Source: Eledone cirrhosa
Taxonomy: Eukaryota
Length of the DNA: 64,000 bases
NCBI GenBank assembly: GCA_964016885.1
Contig: OZ024748.1
Coordinates: 28,644,001-28,708,000 of the forward strand
Direction of reading: 5' to 3'
Position numbers and translations under genes: made by a program. Below are positions 26,580-43,309 of this stretch, piece by piece; the stretch's first letter is position 1, and each line of letters opens with the position of its first letter. The notes beneath the pieces were generated by a model. The model had not been told where the DNA came from and did no database searches. It was given only the letters and a program-made list of their open reading frames with translations.

Positions 26580-27530
26580 TGGACCGAGGGATAGCGCTTG
26601 GAAGCTGGAATGTCTCCAAGCGCTCACAGCCTTCTACCATCTGGGCACTAGTATCGGTGGACCATCCACCTCGGCGTTCTATAGAGGACTAGTGGAGGGG
26701 AAGAGCGACGACGTTCTCGAGGAGACCCTGGGTGTCGAAGACGATCAGCTGTTCGCTCTCTTCAAGAGAACTTTCAGCCCGGGGCCTATGGACAACTTCC
26801 CAAAATCCCTGGCCTGGCAGTGCTACCGTGGAGCGTTGCCGGTTCGAGATAAGCTCTACAGGCACGGAAGTGCCGTCAACCGAACATGTCCGAGATGCGC
26901 GCAGGGCGACGAAACAGTTGTGCACGCACTCGTTTAGTGTCCGAGCATTGCTGACTTGTGGAACTATGTCGAACATTTGCTGTCACGTATAGGACGGATC
27001 CGGTTATCGACTGAGTCCATTGTGCAGATAGCCCCGCCAGCCTCCTTTAAGAAGGGGGAAGGGCAGGCAGTTTTCATCTGCCTGGGGGTCATGGCGAAAG
27101 AGATTGAATGGTGGACAAGTTTGAAAGGATTGAAGATGGACACTTTCCTCTTCGGTCAATCCCTAATTAACTTTTTCAGGTTTCACTTGAAGAGGAAAAT
27201 CAGAGTGGAGAGGCAAGTGCTGTCTTCTAGTAAGTTTGTTGAACGGTGAGTGAAAGTGGTGAGTCTGGTCCGAGTGAACGGGCCTGCTCTGAGTATGTGC
27301 TTGTAGACTGAGGAGTGGGAGAACTGAGAGAGGGCGCTTGCCATGGTGGTCAGGGTGGCCGTGGTCTTTTCTGTGTTTTCGCCACGAGTGACCCTCAGAC
27401 CTTTCCCCCTTTTTGGGGAATTTTTGTTGTTTGAACTTTTTGATTTGTTTTTACACATTTCCATTACCGTTCTGTGCCGTCTGTAATGTTTTTCTTCGTG
27501 TTAGCCCTTGTGGCCAATAAAGAAACATTA
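26580..27530 (+). pseudogene. L1/Tx1-type LINE 3' end (zf-RVT region plus 3' UTR)
   Basis: LAW..RGALPV..CPRC..ETVVHALV.C..W; ends with aataaa. Confidence 0.75.
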
Positions 27531-27555
27531 TCATTATCATTATTATTATTAATAT

Positions 27556-27900
27556 TCGAATCCCGCCGAGCTTAACTTTGCCGTTCATCCTTACGGGATC
27601 GATAAAATAAAGCACCAGTAACGTACTGGGTCGATTTAATCGACCCCCCCCCCTTCAAATTACTGGCCTTGTGCCTATACTAGAAATCATTATTATTACT
27701 AGTAGTAGGGCAGTGGATTGGCTGTATGGGTAGAGCGTCGGACACCATGATTTGCAACATAGAGTTACGCCCCTTTATGATCTGAGTTCAAATCCCGCCG
27801 AGGTTAACTTTGCCTTTCGTCCTTACGGGGTCGATAAAATAAAGTACCAGTAATACACTGAAATAATTGCTGGCCTTGTGCCAAAAGTAGAAACAATTAT
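27556..27900 (+). mobile_element. Two tandem tRNA-derived SINE copies (27556-27690 truncated; 27707-27900 near full)
   Basis: family body and B box gagttcaaatc. Confidence 0.85.
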
Positions 27901-28171
27901 TACTAGTAGTAGTAGTAGTGGTTGTGGTGTTTAGCTGATGATAATAGTCAGTTTTTTGTGTTGCTGGTTGATGATATTAGCAATGTTGGTTATGGTGGTT
28001 ATGGTGAGTTGTGAGAGTGAGATGAGATGTTCCTGAGTCACTGCCTGCTCTTTGTCAGTTTCTTATCGGATCCATCATACAAATGAGACTCTATACACGT
28101 GTGTCTCTCTACACACGTGTAGATGTGTGTGGATGTGTATGTGTGTATGTGTGGGTGTGTCTATGTCTATA

Positions 28172-28231
<60 letters not shown>

Positions 28232-29229
28232 ATGCATGTATGTCTGTATGTATATACACTGTGTAACTGTATGGACATATGTGTTTGTATATTTGTGTTT
28301 GCATGTAATTGTGTATATGTGTGGGTGTGTTATTGTGTATATATGTGTACATATACGTGTGCACACACGTGTATATGCATGCTTCTATAAGTGGACGCAT
28401 ATTTGTCTGCACGTGTACATACGTGTATACTACATACGGGCCTATGTTTGTACATGCCTGTGCATACATGCATGTCCGTTTGCCAAAGTGTTCATGTATA
28501 AATTTAATCACCGGCATCGAAATATATATTTATATGCGTGTGTATATATGTGTATATATGTGTGTATATATGTGTGTATATTGATCCATTAGAAATGCCT
28601 GCATATTATCTTATATTATATATATATATATATTCTTTTATTTTATTATCAATTCTTCTACTTCAACCTATAAAGAAGGAGCTGGCTTCCAGCGAAGGCA
28701 CACATTTTCTTCATTGAATTTAGACCACAACAACAACAAACAATTTAACGATAAATTTTAGAAAGATCTTGCATATTTTCACAGATTCCTTTTCATGCCT
28801 GTCGCCACTAAGACCTCCATTATCCTTCTTCCTTGCTCTGCTGTTTTCCTCCGCCAAATTGAAAGGAGAACATCACCCTGGGGAAGGAGAATTGCGAGGT
28901 GGAATAAAATGGTTGATGGTTATGATGATAGTAGTGATGGTTATGATGGTGTGTGATGGTTATGATGATAATCAACAACAAACAATACAAGTTTAGAATA
29001 TTCTTTATTTGCTTATGTATTTATAAATTCCTAGCAAAGTAGAGCATCGTTGTTTTGAGTTTGAATTCTGCCCACATTGGTTTTGTTCTTTCATTGAACA
29101 GTTATCAGTGATTAGTTATCAATGATATATTGTAAATTGTAGAACGTATGAGCACATTTGCAGTTATGTTATGACATCAACCAGCTACGGAGGGGGTTTA
29201 AAGATTTAAAGTTGTATAAAAGATGGTTC

Positions 29230-30222
29230 TGATCCTGATGATCTTATCCTGGTCATTTTCTGTCCTGCTCCTTATTTTGATCCTCTTCTAGTGGTCTTAA
29301 TCCTATCACCTGATCTTGGGCTCAGCCTATTGCTTTATGCTAGTAGATCTTGATCCTTGATCCTCTCTTGAGACTTGATCCTATTTTCATCTTTGATCCT
29401 GCTTTGATCCTTGATTCTGACTTGATCCTTGATCTTTGATCCTGTCTTGATCTTTGATCTTTAACCCTGTCTTGATCCTAAAGCCAATCCTATCTTGATT
29501 CTACCAATCCTGTCCTGATCCTAAACATATCCCATCTCATCCTTAATCCCATCCCGTCTTCATCCTACTGACACTAGATCCTCCTTGATCCTATTGATAC
29601 TAGATCCTCCTATCTTGCTTGATCCTATTCTGTATTAATCTTTGGTCCTCATCCTTGATCCAGTGCTGTATTGATCCCATCCCGATGCTTGATCCTATCC
29701 TTTCGTGTCTGACCCTTGATTCTTAATCGTATTCCGCTGTTTGATCCTTATCCTTTATCCCGTCTTATTTTCGTTTTATCCCGATGTTAATTGTGTTTTG
29801 CTACTTGATCTTATGTTATCCTCTCTTGAATCTATTCTATCTTGAACATTGATCCTCAACATTAATCATATTCTGTCTTGATCTTAACTATTTGATCCTA
29901 TCCCATCTTGCTCTTTTGGTCCTAATTCTTGATTCAATCCTGATCCTTGGTCCAATCGCCTCTGGATCATATCCTATCTTGGTATTTGATCCCGAGCCTT
30001 GATCCTATCCTGTCTTGATTCCCGATTCTATCCCATCTTGATCCTCGATTATATCCAGTCTTGATCTTCGATTCTATCCCGTCATGATCCCTTATCCTCT
30101 TTTGATCCTTGATCCTGATCATTGTTGTTATTCTGTATTGATCCGTGATCCTATCCCATCTTGATCCTTGTTCCTATCCAGTCTTGATCTGTTATCCTTG
30201 GTGATTCTATCCTGATCCTGGA
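29230..30222. repeat. Degenerate (TTGATCC)-based tandem low-complexity array
   Basis: dozens of ttgatcc/gatcct motifs, pyrimidine-rich plus strand. Confidence 0.85.
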
Positions 30223-30224
30223 TT

Positions 30225-30600
30225 GGTCGATAGTTCCCTGTCAAGAAGTGTTCGTATGTTCCACGTGGCAACATTCAGTGGTATTCTATTCTTTTCGAAA
30301 TTATAATTATTTTTCTTCTTTTTTCTTCTGCGGGTATGAACAGCCGTCAGCTGCAGGTTGCTGACCAGTTTGATGGTGGCACAGACAATGTTTGGGTCAC
30401 CTTTTCTAGACCTCTCCCAAGATTTGTGTGAGCAGTGTTCTCCTTGGAAAGGGCTGCTCAGTCACAAAAGACTCCGCCCAACTCAGTTCCTATTCCGAAA
30501 ACGGGCAATGATGATAGATAAGCTTTTAAGCCGCCTGCGTACAGATTAGCATCTGCATACTTCTAAATCTGTACATGTTGCTGCTTCCCCATCGCCACAG
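30225..30600 (-). pseudogene. RTE-type LINE 5' fragment (start of APE domain plus upstream leader)
   Basis: minus strand ~30225-30290 reads RIPLNVATWNIRTLLDR (APE WNxRTL motif). Confidence 0.6.
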
Positions 30601-31020
30601 GACTTTGAAGAGATATCTGCACAAGGAGATCATAGCAGCATATGCTTGTGCGACACATATGCTGCTCTCTAAGTATCAACAACCAGAATCCGATGACAAG
30701 TAGATGCAGGTAACTGTATCAACCGCAGCTGTTTCAGAGTGTTCTTCTCTCAAGAAAAAAAAAGGTTTTCCCAGATAAATAACTAGGTAAAAAAGTAGTT
30801 TAAAAGTTAAAAGTTAAAAAGTTTAAAGTTCAAATATTAAAAGTTTGAAAGTTTAAAAGTAAAAAAAAAAAATACATATATACATACATACATATGATAC
30901 ACAAAAAACAGCAACAACGAGGACAATAACAACATTAACAATAACAATGAAATTAAAAGCATCAACAACAACAATAGCAACACTAAGAGTAATATCAACA
31001 AATTCAAACACAAATATAAA

Positions 31021-31472
31021 TAATTGTTTCTACTTTTGGCACAAGGCCAGCAATTACCCAGTGCATTACTGGTACTTTATTTTATCGACCCCGTAAGGAT
31101 GAAAGGCAAAGTTAACCTCGGCGGGATTTGAACTCATAAAGGGAGGTAACTCTATGCTTCAAAGCATGGCGTCCGACCCTCTACCGAAACTGCCAATCCA
31201 CCGCCTTACATATATATATAATATAAATAATATAAATAATATAATAATATAAATAATGACAACCTAGCACTAACCCTAACACTAACACTAATCATAACTG
31301 TTTCTATTTTAGGCACAAGGCCGCAATTATCCAGTACATTACTGGTACTTTATTTTATCGACCCCGTAAGGATGAAAGGCAAAGTTACCCTCGGCGGGAT
31401 TTGAACTCAGAATGGCAAGGGCCGTAACTCTATGCGTCAAAGCATGGTGTCCGATAGTGCCAATCCACCACC
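31021..31472 (-). mobile_element. Two tRNA-derived SINE copies (31021-31207, 31297-31472)
   Basis: family sequence on minus strand. Confidence 0.85.
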
Positions 31473-31801
31473 ATAATTAACTCTAACTAACCATAACTAA
31501 CTCTAATCATAACATTGGTGATTATGATTGTGGCGATGATAGTGATGGTATAATGGTGTTGGTAGTAGTGTTGAAAGTGGTGATGTTTATGGCGTTGGTG
31601 GCGGTGGTATGGTGTTGGTTGTGTTATCAGAAGGTGTTCAGTGTAGTGTTTATAAAAGTGATAGGGATCCCTCACAATAAACAAATATTTCGGTGTCGGC
31701 CTGTTGTCAATTCTCGAATTGCATATCTTTTATTCTTTAGATCCGTGGCACAGACACATATATAATCATACACACAGACATAAACGTATACATACATACA
31801 C

Positions 31802-31908
<107 letters not shown>

Positions 31909-31910
31909 TA

Positions 31911-31950
<40 letters not shown>

Positions 31951-32559
31951 GATAATTTAATATATCTACTAACATAAGCGTACAGATGTACGCTAATGCC
32001 AGCAAATACACAGGTTATGTCATAGTACCTAGGTGGTTCAATGCAGGAGAATGCAGAACAATAATATATAAGACGTAAAATAAGAAAATTTCTTTAAAAA
32101 AATTTTTTTTTTTTAAATTAACTTACTTAAATTTTCACTCCAACTAATTAGTTTCTGCAATGGGATAAAGACAGTTACGTAATGAACTGTTGAGAATTTC
32201 ATTGCGTCATCAGGGAGGTCATTCTCAGCCGAGTCTCCAGGCGATGCGCGGACACTGGGGACTCATATAAAAATAATAATAATTCGGCAACTGGAACAGC
32301 TATCGAGGACTGGATTCCAGCCACTGAAAATTCTCACTGCCACTGATCATATGGCCGATTCTAAAGAATCAATCACGTGACACAGAGGCTAGTTAGTAGG
32401 AATGGGATGGTAAGATGACAGACGCCTACTAACACCCCCCCCCCCCCAAAAAAAAAAATTTTTAGAAGTGGTTTTGGCAGGTTTGCTCGACAAATCAGTG
32501 ATTTGGAGATAAATATAGATAATTTAATATATCTACTAACATAAGCGCACAGATGTACG
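31951..32559 (-). mobile_element. Non-coding hammerhead element with 42-bp terminal direct repeat (period 567 nt), retrozyme-like
   Basis: gataatttaatatatctactaacataagcg(t/c)acagatgtacg at 31951 and 32518. Confidence 0.7.
32138..32217 (-). ncRNA. Type-I hammerhead ribozyme
   Basis: ctcc-CTGATGA-(gcaatg/cattgc)-GAAA-ctaattag-TT-ggag; palindromic stem III. Confidence 0.8.
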
Positions 32560-32639
32560 TTGATTTATGTAAATATCTTTGAAGCTTTACACATATATGC
32601 ATGTATGTGTGTATATATGCTCTCCAGCTATCTATTTAA

Positions 32640-34145
32640 AGCTGTATATAGCTATGGTGCGGCCACACTTAGAATTTGCATCACCAGTCTGGAGCCCCTA
32701 TCTTGCTCAGAACATTGACCTCCTGGAAATTGTTCAGAGACATGCAACCAAGTGAATACTTTCCATCAGGCATCTACCATACTCTGAACGCCTTGATTCC
32801 CTGGGCATTGAAGCTCCGACGTCTGGCAACTTCGTCCGGTTGATGACCATCCTAACCGTACTTCGTCCTCACCGAGACCTATCTCAATCCCTCCCACTTG
32901 GAAGCTGAGGTGAAAGTGAAGAATTTCAAAGCTATCCATGCAGATCGCGCTGGCAGAAGAAAGTGTGGGGCTGCCATTTTTGTACATGATTCTTTTTCGA
33001 CAGAGGCTAAGAACTTATTTTCCAATGAATACTGTAAAGCAGTCACTGTGTACAGTAAAACCAACAACTTAATAGTAGCTGGACTCTATAGGCCACCCCA
33101 AACGCCTCTACCATGCTTCAAGGAATGCCTCAACAGCATAATGTGTTTCATCCAACAGTGACACCGTGGCAACATCTTAATGGTGAGAGACTTCAACCTC
33201 CCCAGTGTTGACTGGTCCACAAACAGCTTGATACCAGGTTTTTCCCTCTCAACCCTTGACAAGCAGGTAGTAAAATCGCCTCTTGACTTCATGGATGAGT
33301 TTTTCCTGTTCCATTCACACACCCACTAACATCAAAAAATCATGGCAGTCATTTGTAGACACTGTAACAAATGTATGTGCAAAACATACCCCATTAAGAT
33401 CTGTAAAGAAATCTAAGTGCAGAATCCCTAGAAATAGAACACTTATCAGAAAAATTAATACAAAAAAATCAACAAACTGAAATACTGCCAGCAGCAACAC
33501 ACCCATTTGAATGCCATTACATCACTAGAATCGAAAAAACACAACCCCCAAAACAGCATGATGTCTATCATCAACAATCAAAAAAGCTGAAGAGGTCTGG
33601 ACCATTAAGAAAATCAAAGTGTTCTTTTCATTTACGAAAAAACACACAGTCACTGGCTCCACTGTTGGCCCTCTAGTTGATGAAAATGGCACTCTCCAAG
33701 ATAATGCTAAAACCATGGGTGAGATACTGCAGAAAAAACACTGCTCTGTTTTCAGCAATCCCGATATGGCTGATCTGGGCTGTATCAGTGATGTTAACCC
33801 CCAACGCACTATATTGGACATAATGTTTGGCGCCCCTGCTGTCTTAGCGGCAATAAAAGATACTAAACACAATTCAGCGGTAGGCCCCGATTGGTTCCCT
33901 GCTTGGGTCCTGAAGGTGGGTCGACACCAACTTGCATCTCCTCTTGCTAATCTGTGGAGGAACTCACCGGATACTAGATATATACCAGAAAACTTCCTAT
34001 CCCAGTCTGTTGTCCCAGTTTTCAAACAGGGAAACAAATCCCTTGCTGTGAATTACCGTCCAATCTTACTCCCCTCTCATATCATCAAGGTATTTGAGAG
34101 GGTGGTGAGATCACGAATAACTCACTTTCTTGAAAGCAACAATCG
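32640..34145 (+). pseudogene. CR1/L2-group LINE fragments (RT C-terminal piece, then deleted APE and RT N-terminus)
   Basis: VRPHLEFASPVWSPYL..VQR; GAAIFV, GLYRPP, DFNLP.VDW; GPD, VVPVFKQG, NYRPI.L.S..KVFE. Confidence 0.8.
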
Positions 34146-35280
34146 GCCACCCAGCTCTTTTTCTGTTGAGGAACTGCTTCGCCATGCCGAAGCTCCTCTA
34201 TACCCTTCGTAGCGCTCCGTGCTACACTCACGCATCTCTCCTCGCTGACCTCGATACTTTACCTGTCAGGTATGGCGGCCGTGGCCTCCGGTCCCCGATC
34301 TCACTGGCTTTGCCCGCGTTTCTTTCGTCGGTAACCTCATGCCGCGTCCTCGTCAGCAGGGTTCTCCAAAACACAATAGAACCCTCAGTGTTCAGAGAAC
34401 GTGAGACCGCCTGTGAGACGTGGGACCGGCTCGGACTTAGCCCAGTAGATGACCCTCCTCCTTCTCCCCTTGCTGATGTCAAGTCCCCCCGAAGCACTTG
34501 GGATGCCATCCAGTGCAGCCTGGCTTCACACAGGCTCACGCGCCAGCTCGACCAACACCGCCTTACCTGTTTTCGTACGGCCTCCAAACCCCACAGTGGT
34601 GCCTGGCTCCATGCCCTGCCCTTCTTCTCCACTGGTACGCTGCTAGACAACAATAGCCTGCGCATCGGCGTTTCCTTGAGGCTCAGCCTCCGGATCTGTG
34701 AGCCACACCAATGTCGCTGTTGATCCACCGTGGACTCTTTCGACCTCCACCCGCTTTCCTGTCGCCACAGTGCCGGCCGTCTTCCACGCCATGCTGCCCT
34801 CAACGAGGTCATAAAGCATGGCTTGGTCGCTGCAGGCTTCCCTTCCCAGCTCGAGCCGGTGGGACTGAACCGAGGGGACGGCATGACCATCTTCCAGTTC
34901 CGCGGTGGCAAACCCCTCGTCTGGGATGCCACTTGCACCGACACTTTCTGCAGCCGCAACCTGGTGCAGTCTGCGACTAACCCAGGTTCTGCTGCACGTC
35001 GGGTTGAGGAGGCCAAACTCCTCAAATACCGGTCGCTCTCCGACAGGTGTGCGGTTATACCCTTGGCAGTGGAGATTTCTGGTACCCTCGGCCCTAGGGC
35101 TACCTCCCTACTCACCGCCATAGGCGCTGAGCTGGCCAGCCGCATGTGTGAGTCTCGCGAGCTGGAGTGGCTTTTCCAGCGCGTCTCCCTTGCCGTCCTT
35201 CGGGGAAACGCCTTCTCCATTCTGTCCGCCGGGGTTGTGGAGAGACAAGCCGATTATATTACGAATTCTGTTGAATAGTC
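34143..35280 (+). mobile_element. CRE-clade LINE 3' part, same family as 24100-26370
   Basis: high similarity to the 24-kb copy; CxC..HPLSC..RHAALN, WDATC, FQRVS..RGNA. Confidence 0.85.
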
Positions 35281-35664
35281 CTATATATTGTGTTAACAGC
35301 TCACCAATAACGTAGCTGATATCCACCCGACTTCCACTGATGAACAGCTGAATCTAGCAGTGAACAGCATACCATCAACGTACCTGAAATCCATCATTCT
35401 ACTATACAAACAGAACACCAAAAACTTGTGGGCACATTACCAGTGATATGGGATGATATGTTTCAAGAGATACACAGTCTTAATGTGAGTAACAGACCAT
35501 ACAACACCAGAATCAGTAAACAACCCACTAAATTGGAATTGGAAGTTAGTAAACGAAATAGCTGACAATTATCTGAAGGTCACATGATCCAAAAGTGTGG
35601 AAACGACATATGAATTGCTTAATATTTTGTTATATGTTTCAGCTATCATATTGCAATCCTATCA

Positions 35665-36404
<740 letters not shown>

Positions 36405-36414
36405 TAAATAACTA

Positions 36415-38100
36415 AAACCACGCAACCAAGATACAAACAGAAAGCCTGAACCAGCGTGGATGCGTAATTTAAAAAACAAAATTTTGTCCCTGAGACGAAG
36501 TATCGCACAGATCACTTTAATTATAAAATGCAACATAGAGACCAACTTCACACGACAAGAGGAGGACGTAAGAAAAAAACTAGATAAGCGATTTGGAGAT
36601 ACGAGATTTAAAACTCTAAACTCGAAACTACACCAGTTGAAACAACAACTCACAGCTGCAGCAGAACGACTAAAATATAAGTCAATAGCACATAAACGGC
36701 AAGTGCTAAATAGATTATTAGTCAGCGATCCTAAATCAGTTTATCGCAGCGTCAATGAGAAAAGCACAATCTCTGTAAATGACACCCCTAGAAAAGAACA
36801 GGTTGAGAGTTACTGGAGATCTGTATGGGAAACGAATGACGGATTTAGCAAACAAACTAAATGGCTAAAAGAACTGGAACAGGAATACTGCCAGCATGTC
36901 CAGACAAAACAATATGACATAGATGGGTCAATCCTGGGAACAGCTCCGCAGAAAATGTCGAATAGGAAATCACCAGACCCAGACCTCACAACAGGTTATT
37001 GGCTGAAGAATTTCCCCTTCTATCGGCAAGATCTCATACGGCTGTTTAGAGAAACCATCAAAGGCACACAAGAACTGCTCCAATGGTTATCAACTGCAAC
37101 TACTCTTCTCATCCAAAAAAATAACCAGACCACCCTCGCTAAAAATTACCGCCCAATAGCCTGCCAGAACTTCATGTATAAATTATACACTGGGGGCCTT
37201 AATCTGTTCTTACAGGATCATTGTGCCACTAACGATAATATAACACCTCAGCAAGCTGGTGGAAAGAAGGTGTGGGGCTTCATAGATCACCTACTAACAA
37301 ATAAAATGATACTGGAAAAAATAGCAAAGAATCGCAGGAGCATGACTGTGGTGTGGCTGGACTATCAGAAGGCTTTTGATAGTGTACCTTATGGGTGGAT
37401 TATTAAGGCTTTACAGTTAGCCAAAGTCCCACAACCACTAGTAGCTGCTGTTGAACGTCTGACAAACAACTGGTACACCAATGTTATCCTTAGGGGTGAG
37501 AAGAAGCAAATTAAGACTGATACAACACACTACCAGAAAGGAATCTTTCAGTGTGATAGCTTATTAGGGCTGCTCTTCGTCCTCTCACTAAACCCACTAT
37601 CATACCTGCTCAGAAAACAAAGTGGTCATGGAAGTGTGTCGAGAAGTATCTCCCATCTTTTCTGATTTTAAATTGTGTGGACCAAATATCAACTATATTA
37701 AAAAACCTCTTTTCACAATTTTCTGCAGTCATCAGAATGAAATTTGGTTAGTCCAAATGTGCATATTTGACAGTAAAACGTGGAAGGGTTGTGCCCTCCT
37801 CTGGAAGTCTAGAGGTGAACGGCTTGACAATACAACCTCTACAGTCAGGTGACAACTACAGATATCTTGGACAGGATGAGAATGTCAGATATGATGGATG
37901 CATAAACAAGGAGAGAACCAGAATTGAATACCTCTGGAGAGTAAAGAAAATAGGGTCACCAGAACTATCAGCGTACAACAAATACATTGTCCACAATACT
38001 TATGCTGGGTCAATCCTAACACCAACATTTGGCCTGCTGAACTGGTCATTGCAAGAACTAAGTGAGATGGATGTAAGAACTCGCAAGCTTCGACAGCAGA
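36415..38100 (+). pseudogene. R4/Dong-like non-LTR retrotransposon RT fragment
   Basis: KSPDPD, NYRPIAC, WLDYQKAFDSVP, GIFQCDSL, YRYLG; frameshifts after 37665. Confidence 0.8.
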
Positions 38101-38422
38101 AAGAATGCAAGGAGCAAATATCAAGTAAAATAACGGAGTAAAGGATTCGCGTATAATCCTATAAATAAATTGAACAGTATAGGCTGCCATCTCTAGCAGC
38201 TTGTTCTGTTCATACCACCGGTTACTGCCTCGCGCACGTATTTCCCTTATATTTACACGCGCTACAGGTGGTTTACTATAGTTCTCTCTCTCTAGTAGTG
38301 CGGACAATAACGGTCTCTCCACATGCTGATGACCCACAGAGCCGAATTGGAACCCACTAAAATGGCGAAACAATCTCCTGGTGAGTTTGTACATGTGTGA
38401 TTTAGGTATGAGGTTGGTTTCT

Positions 38423-39044
<622 letters not shown>

Positions 39045-39047
<3 letters not shown>

Positions 39048-39207
39048 ATATTGTTGTAATAATATTGCCAGAATTAATAACAGAACCAAACCTTGAGAGT
39101 GTTCTGTTATTAATTCTGGCAATATTATTACAACAATATGACCCTCCCCAAGTATAACAATATTTGTTTCGACACACGATTTCATATAAAAAAACCTCGC
39201 AAAACTA
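39045..39207. mobile_element. Short inverted-pair cassette related to the 5372/11275 family
   Basis: gtcatattgttgtaataatattgccagaattaataacagaac mirrored; atgaccctcccc tail. Confidence 0.65.
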
Positions 39208-39224
39208 TTATATATATATATATA

Positions 39225-39911
<687 letters not shown>

Positions 39912-40111
39912 ATGTGAGAAAAACCACAGATCCTCCATCTCAACTCTACTTTTGAAAAGCAGAACTGTAAAACCGGTAAAGGAACCAAATAAATATATAT
40001 ATATTTTTTTAAATATGACTCCAGTTTCATTTTCGATTTCATCTTTTTTTCTTTATACTTTCACTCGTGTAGGACACCTCGGTTATTTTTCATTTTGTAA
40101 AAAAACCTCAC

Positions 40112-40118
<7 letters not shown>
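39912..40118 (+). mobile_element. PLE 3'-end remnant (family of 11826-14032)
   Basis: homology including tail and mutated U3-A8 hammerhead. Confidence 0.75.
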
Positions 40119-40775
<657 letters not shown>

Positions 40776-40785
40776 CATATCATAA

Positions 40786-41981
40786 TCTATAATCATAATC
40801 TATAAAGCTCAGTGTGTGGTCGTGCTCCTTTCTTATAGAAATCTACGATATAGAATTTCTTCAATTGAAATTTACAATTCAGTATTCGAAATAGTTTCGA
40901 TTGCGTCTTGGCACATCTCATTTTTTCAATTTCACCCACAATTACGCAAAAAATAGATAAAACTCAATATTTTACGATTTTTCTCTGTCATTTAAACTGC
41001 TAAACTCTTTCCACTACCATTCAAAATCTATACAACTTCATACTTTCTGCTACTTTCTCTTTCCAAGCTTGATGGTGATACTGTCCGTTTTACTCTCTCA
41101 TATCATCTGCTTCCCTCTATCTACCACTCACACATTTTGCTACTTTCTCTTTTATACTTCAAATTATTACATTTCATACGAAACGACAATTATTCAAAAG
41201 CAGCAGATACATTTATTCAACAACAAGCGATAAATCTTTTTTAAAACCTCTTTTCCAAACGCATACAAACACACACTCACTTCAACAACAACAACAATCT
41301 GCTTTTATAGATAATGATAAACAATAATATCCTCTATGAGGTCACTAAACCTGCTAGAAACAGCAGCTAACTCTCCCCCATACCACACCGCTCCCTACTG
41401 TCTTAAATTTAGAAAACATATCTTCTATGAGGTCACTAAACCTGCTAGAAACAGCAGCTAACTCTCCCCCATATCACACCCATCCATACTGTCTTAAATT
41501 TAGAAAACATATCTTCTATGAGGTCACTAAACCTGCTAGAAACAGCAGCTAACTCTCCCCCATATCACACCACTCCCTACTGTCTTAAATTTAGAAAACA
41601 CATATCCTCTATGAGGTTACTAAATCTGCTAGAAACAGCAGCTAACTCTGCCCCATATCACACCCATCCCTACTGTCTTAAATTTAGAAAACACACAGAC
41701 AACCATGCAGAAAAACTCCATCCCAGCTCTGTTGTTCGGCTGGCATCGTCTACGCGCGTGTTGCGCAAGTACTGTGAAACAATAAATTTCAACACTTTTT
41801 TGCACAGAGATAATATCCATAGGCGAAACTAGAATTGTCACTGCTGGCGCAGCTCCTGCTTCCAGGTCTGCAATTCATTCACCCAGTGCCTGGCAGACAA
41901 AAAAGTGCTGCCATAAAATGGGTGGTGCAACCTAACTTTGGTAACTTAATGACCCCGAGCAACGCCGGGCTTTAATGCTAG
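40786..41981 (+). mobile_element. Non-autonomous Helitron
   Basis: A|TCTATA start; 3' cccgagcaacgccggg hairpin plus CTAG|T, same hairpin as 36377. Confidence 0.65.
41327..41695 (+). repeat. Minisatellite, 4 x ~90 bp
   Basis: unit atatcctctatgaggtcactaaacctgctagaaacagcagctaactctccc...gtcttaaatttagaaaac. Confidence 0.9.
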
Positions 41982-42142
41982 TATATATATAAACGGAAAA
42001 AATGAAACGGAATTTCATTTCCCAGTCTTAGTACGGCTGTTACTTAAATATAAGTATGTACACGTACATACATATATGTATACAGACGTACAGTAGTATG
42101 TATATATATATACATACATGCACACATATATATATCCAGCAA

Positions 42143-42271
<129 letters not shown>

Positions 42272-42273
42272 CA

Positions 42274-42311
<38 letters not shown>

Positions 42312-42410
42312 TGTATATATATATACATATAACCACTCAGCCACGCGTTTATTATAATGCTCGGTGTGTTTGTAAACAAGCATCCCGTATTAAGCCGTAG
42401 TGTCCAGCAA

Positions 42411-42615
<205 letters not shown>

Positions 42616-42620
42616 TATAC

Positions 42621-42693
<73 letters not shown>

Positions 42694-43222
42694 AAAGAAT
42701 AGAGGTGTAACACACAAGTTATTATATATTGGTAAACGGAATAGAAAATGCTGACAAATTGTTCACAGTTGAAAAATGGTTTAATTAGGAATAAAAGAGT
42801 ATTAGTGATTGTATGGGTTAGTATTCAGTTGTGGTTTTAAGTTTTTAAATTTTTACCGGTTGCGCATTTCTAAATGCTTTTCAAAAATAATTTTGAGATA
42901 GAGTGTCCGTGCTGTTTGCTCTGATCTGATTAGTTTGGGGAATTCTACCTGTTTTTATGTTAAAAAAGTGGCTCCAGCGTTATTTTTGTGTTGCAAAAAT
43001 GCTTGTGGTCAAAACAATTTTGATTGGTCGGTAGAGGTCATGTGAATGTAAAAAGTTGATTTTGCGCCAAGACTGTTTTTATGTTAAAAAAGTGGCTCCA
43101 GCAAAAATTCTTGGTCAAAACAATTTTGATTGGTCGGTAGAGGTCATGTGGATAAAAAATTGGTTTTGCGCCAAGATTGAGAAATGACTCTTTCACAACA
43201 AATATGTGTGTGTGTGTGTGTA

Positions 43223-43309
<87 letters not shown>

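Noticed and set aside
41327-41695. CRISPR-like regular repeat
   Set aside because: Whole units repeat with no unique spacers, no cas genes, and eukaryotic context.
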